A stretch of DNA of 64,000 nucleotides from Macrostomum lignano (taxonomy: Eukaryota): assembly GCA_002269645.1 (NCBI GenBank), contig NIVC01001402.1:186001-250000 (forward strand), in the 5' to 3' direction. The notes beneath the pieces were generated by a model. That model had not been told where the DNA came from. It saw only the letters and a program-made list of their open reading frames with translations, and ran no database searches. The position numbers and the translations under genes were made by a program. Of this stretch, positions 61,189-64,000 are shown piece by piece. Every line of letters begins with the position of its first letter. Positions within the stretch are counted from its first letter, which is position 1.

Positions 61189-62797
61189 ATGAGCAGGACA
61201 TTTATACTCGTACTGTTGCTCTTAACAGCTCTGGCACCAGGATTCAGCAGCTTTAGCATCAGCGTCTCTGTGTCACCTGCAGTAGTGACTGTAGGCAGCC
61301 CTGCAAACCTTACTTGCAACATTGACATGGGCTGGAATGGACAATCAAGGGATCAATCTATCTTTTGGAGCTTTAAAAATGAGAACAACGATGTGTCAGA
61401 GAACTGTAAACCTTACAATGATCGCCAGTACTCAGTCTGGCAGAACCATGCCAACTGTTTCATAGCTACTCAGCATGTGCTCACCATCAAACAGGTGCAA
61501 TGGAGCCAGCGCGGCTACTGGTACTGCAAGTACGCCAGTAACAGCAGCAATGTGTTTCTCAATGTGACTAGTGAGTTCTATAACTGCTGCTTTAGTTTTG
61601 CTTTGTTCTTCTCAAGTTTTGTTTGTGCAGCTTGATGTGAATTCCACCCCTTCACATTCACCCTCCAGTTCCTGCTCAAATGGAGCGGTTCACCGGTGGC
61701 CCTGTTTCCCCCGCCAAGCGGCTTCGCGGGAACGGCAGCTTATTGGCGCCCTTCGATCTCACCACCAGCAGCGGCAGCGGCCAGGGTCTGCGGCTCTCGT
61801 GCCGCTCCAGCTGCAGCTTTCCTGCCAGCCGGCCCCGAATCCGCGCACTTGCTGGCGTCCGGCTGGCGCCCAGAGGCTGGCGGGCCGCTGTGGCCAGCAA
61901 CAGCAGCAGCGGCGGCGGCTGCAGGCTGGGGCAGCGGGCGCTGGCAGTGGAGTCCGAGTTGGTCAGCTGCTCCGCTGCTGGCATCCGCGGCCGAGTCCGG
62001 TTTCGCTGCACGGTTGGCAACACAACGGCCGATCTGCATGCGCTGTGTTCTGGTGAGAGCTCTGGCTTGCTTAGTCCAACCTTCGGCTGAGTTAGTGCAC
62101 CTTGGCCGAACCCGGCTGAGTTAGTGCACCTTGGCAGAACCCGGCTGAGTTAGTGCACCTTGGCCGAACCCGGCTGAGTTAGTGCACCTTGGCAGAACCC
62201 GGCTGAGTTAGTGCACCTTGGCCGAACCCGATGACTTAGTGCACCTTGGCCAAACCCGATGACTTAGTGCACCTTGGCCAAACCCGATGAGTTAGTGCAC
62301 CTTGGCCGAACCCGATGAGTTAGTGCACCTTGGCCGAACCCGATGAGTTAGTGCACCTTGGCCAAACCCGATGAGTTAGTGCACCTTGGCCAAACCCGAT
62401 GAGTTAGTGCACCTTGGCCGAACCCGATGAGTTAGTACACCTTGGCCGAACCCGATGAGTTAGTGCACCTTGGCCGAACCCTTGACGTCGTATATAATTT
62501 CCTCCCCAAGTCTCAGGTGCATACCAGTACAACCCTGCTCTTCAGTGCATTTAACCAGTATTATTACTCAATTTGGATCATCTGCTCAACTATTTTACCA
62601 CAGCATCGGCCTTCCAAAATCTGCTCACTCCGGGCGAGGTGGCCGCCGCCTCAGCCGCCTCCGTTCTCGCGCTGCTGCTCGCCGGCCTAGGCTTCGCGAT
62701 TTTCTGCACGGACTCGCCCGCGCAGCTGGACGGCGATGACATGGACGAAGCCGATGACAACCGGCTCACACCGAGGGCGCGAACTCTGCCTGTGCAG
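61189..62797 (+). CDS. Immunoglobulin-superfamily type I membrane protein (signal peptide, Ig domain, second Ig-like domain, TM); may continue 3'
   Basis: Exons 61189-61570 (signal peptide; ANLTC..IFWSF..LTIKQVQWSQRGYWYC, a canonical Ig C-W-C pattern), 61669-62052 (LSCRSSC..FRCTVG) and 62604-62797 (TM VAAASAASVLALLLAGLGFAIF). Phase-1 GT-AG introns typical of the IgSF. Confidence 0.8.
62086..62482. repeat. 28-29-bp minisatellite (GAGTTAGTGCACCTTGGCCGAACCC..), Ig-gene intron 2
   Basis: Direct reading. Confidence 0.95.
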
Positions 62798-62865
62798 GTT
62801 TGAGTCCGCTAGACTGGCGCTCCTCGGCAGCCATTGTGAGCCTCACCTGCTGACAAGCTCTCCGT

Positions 62866-63705
62866 GACTGTGTGACTCACTGGCCGATGTGGGTAATTTT
62901 GTGACTCACTGGCCGATATGTGTGATTGTGTGACTCACTGACCGATGTGTGTGATTGTGTGACTCACTGGCCGATGTGGGTAATTTTGTGACTCACTGGC
63001 CGATATGTGTGATTGTGTGACTCACTGACCGATGTGTGTGATTGTGTGACTCACTGACCGATGTGTGTGATTGTGTGACTCACTGGCCGATGTGGGTAAT
63101 TTTGTGACTCACTGGCCGATATGTGTGATTGTGTGACTCACTGACCGATGTGTGTGATTGTGTGACTCACTGACCGATGTGTGTGATTGTGTGACTCACT
63201 GGCCGATGTGGGTGATTGTGTGACTCACTGGCCGATGTGTGTGATTGTGTGACTCACTGGCCGATGTGGGTGATTTTGTGACTCACTGGCCGATGTGGGT
63301 GATTGTGTGACTCACTGGCCGATGTGTGTGATTGTGTGACTCACTGGCCGATGTGGGTGATTTTGTGACTCACTGGCCGATGTGGGTGATTGTGTGACTC
63401 ACTGGCCGATGTGTGTGATTGTGTGACTCACTGGCCGATGTGGGTGATTTTGTGACTCACTGGCCGATGCGGGTTCTTGTGTGACTCACTGACCGATGTG
63501 GGTGATTTTGTGACTCACTGGCCGATGTGGGTGATTTTGTGACTCACTGGCCGATGTGGGTGATTGTGTGACTCACTGACCGATGTGGGTGATTGTGTGA
63601 CTCACTGACCGATGCGGGTGATTGTGTGACTCACTGACCGATGCGGGTTCTTGTGTGACTCACTGACCGATGCGGGTTCTTGTGTGACTCACTGACCGAT
63701 GCGGG
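62866..63705. repeat. 29-bp minisatellite (GTGTGACTCACTGGCCGATGTGGGTGATT)
   Basis: About 29 copies read directly. Confidence 0.95.
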
Positions 63706-64000
63706 TGCTTGTTTCGTTGAGACAAATGTACAAAGTAGTGTTTTGAATTCAGCACTCATTCGCAGTTTTTCCGTTTGCCATCAATTTTATTTCCTGATTG
63801 CCTGGCGGCTCTGAGGCAGTCTCGCCGATTTGTTATAATGGTTCGAGTGCCCTCGAACTTCTCGAACTGACAAGTCTTTTCCGTCTCTTAGGCCAATGCA
63901 TTCCGTGCTAATTTACCTGTAAATCACCTGTTCCGGTTTTATTACTCATCTGTTTTATATTAGTCCGCTAAAGCTGAGTCTCAGCTTCCACAGAGTCGCA

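Overview
Eukaryotic (metazoan) genomic DNA. It has GC-rich spliced exons, introns packed with locus-specific minisatellites (about 20 kb of the 64 kb by my rough tally), and two AT-rich blocks. This architecture resembles the flatworm Macrostomum, but that is an inference and not proven. Genes reconstructed by hand: a minus-strand C2H2-like zinc-finger exon; a POMGNT1-like GT13 gene (+) whose catalytic motifs appear substituted; a single-pass membrane protein (-); a coiled-coil/hydrophobic-hairpin gene (-) hit by an in-frame TGA and a 269-bp LINE insertion with a 12-bp TSD; a complete 11-exon insulin/IGF-type receptor tyrosine kinase (+); an hnRNP Q/R (SYNCRIP)-like gene (-) with no in-frame ATG; GID8/TWA1 (-); and an Ig-domain type I membrane protein (+). 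Mobile DNA: a 1,239-bp internally deleted Tc1/IS630-type element with 238-bp TIRs inside a receptor intron, plus probable non-autonomous Helitron-like fragments. The most interesting observations are (1) tandem arrays seeded on, and multiplying, real splice sites, (2) a possible spliced-leader-donated start codon for the SYNCRIP-like gene, (3) an intact but apparently catalytically dead POMGNT1 paralogue, and (4) a near-perfect 9 x 118-bp array with a 4-nt junction filler. Most long ORFs in the supplied track are artefacts of tandem repeats.
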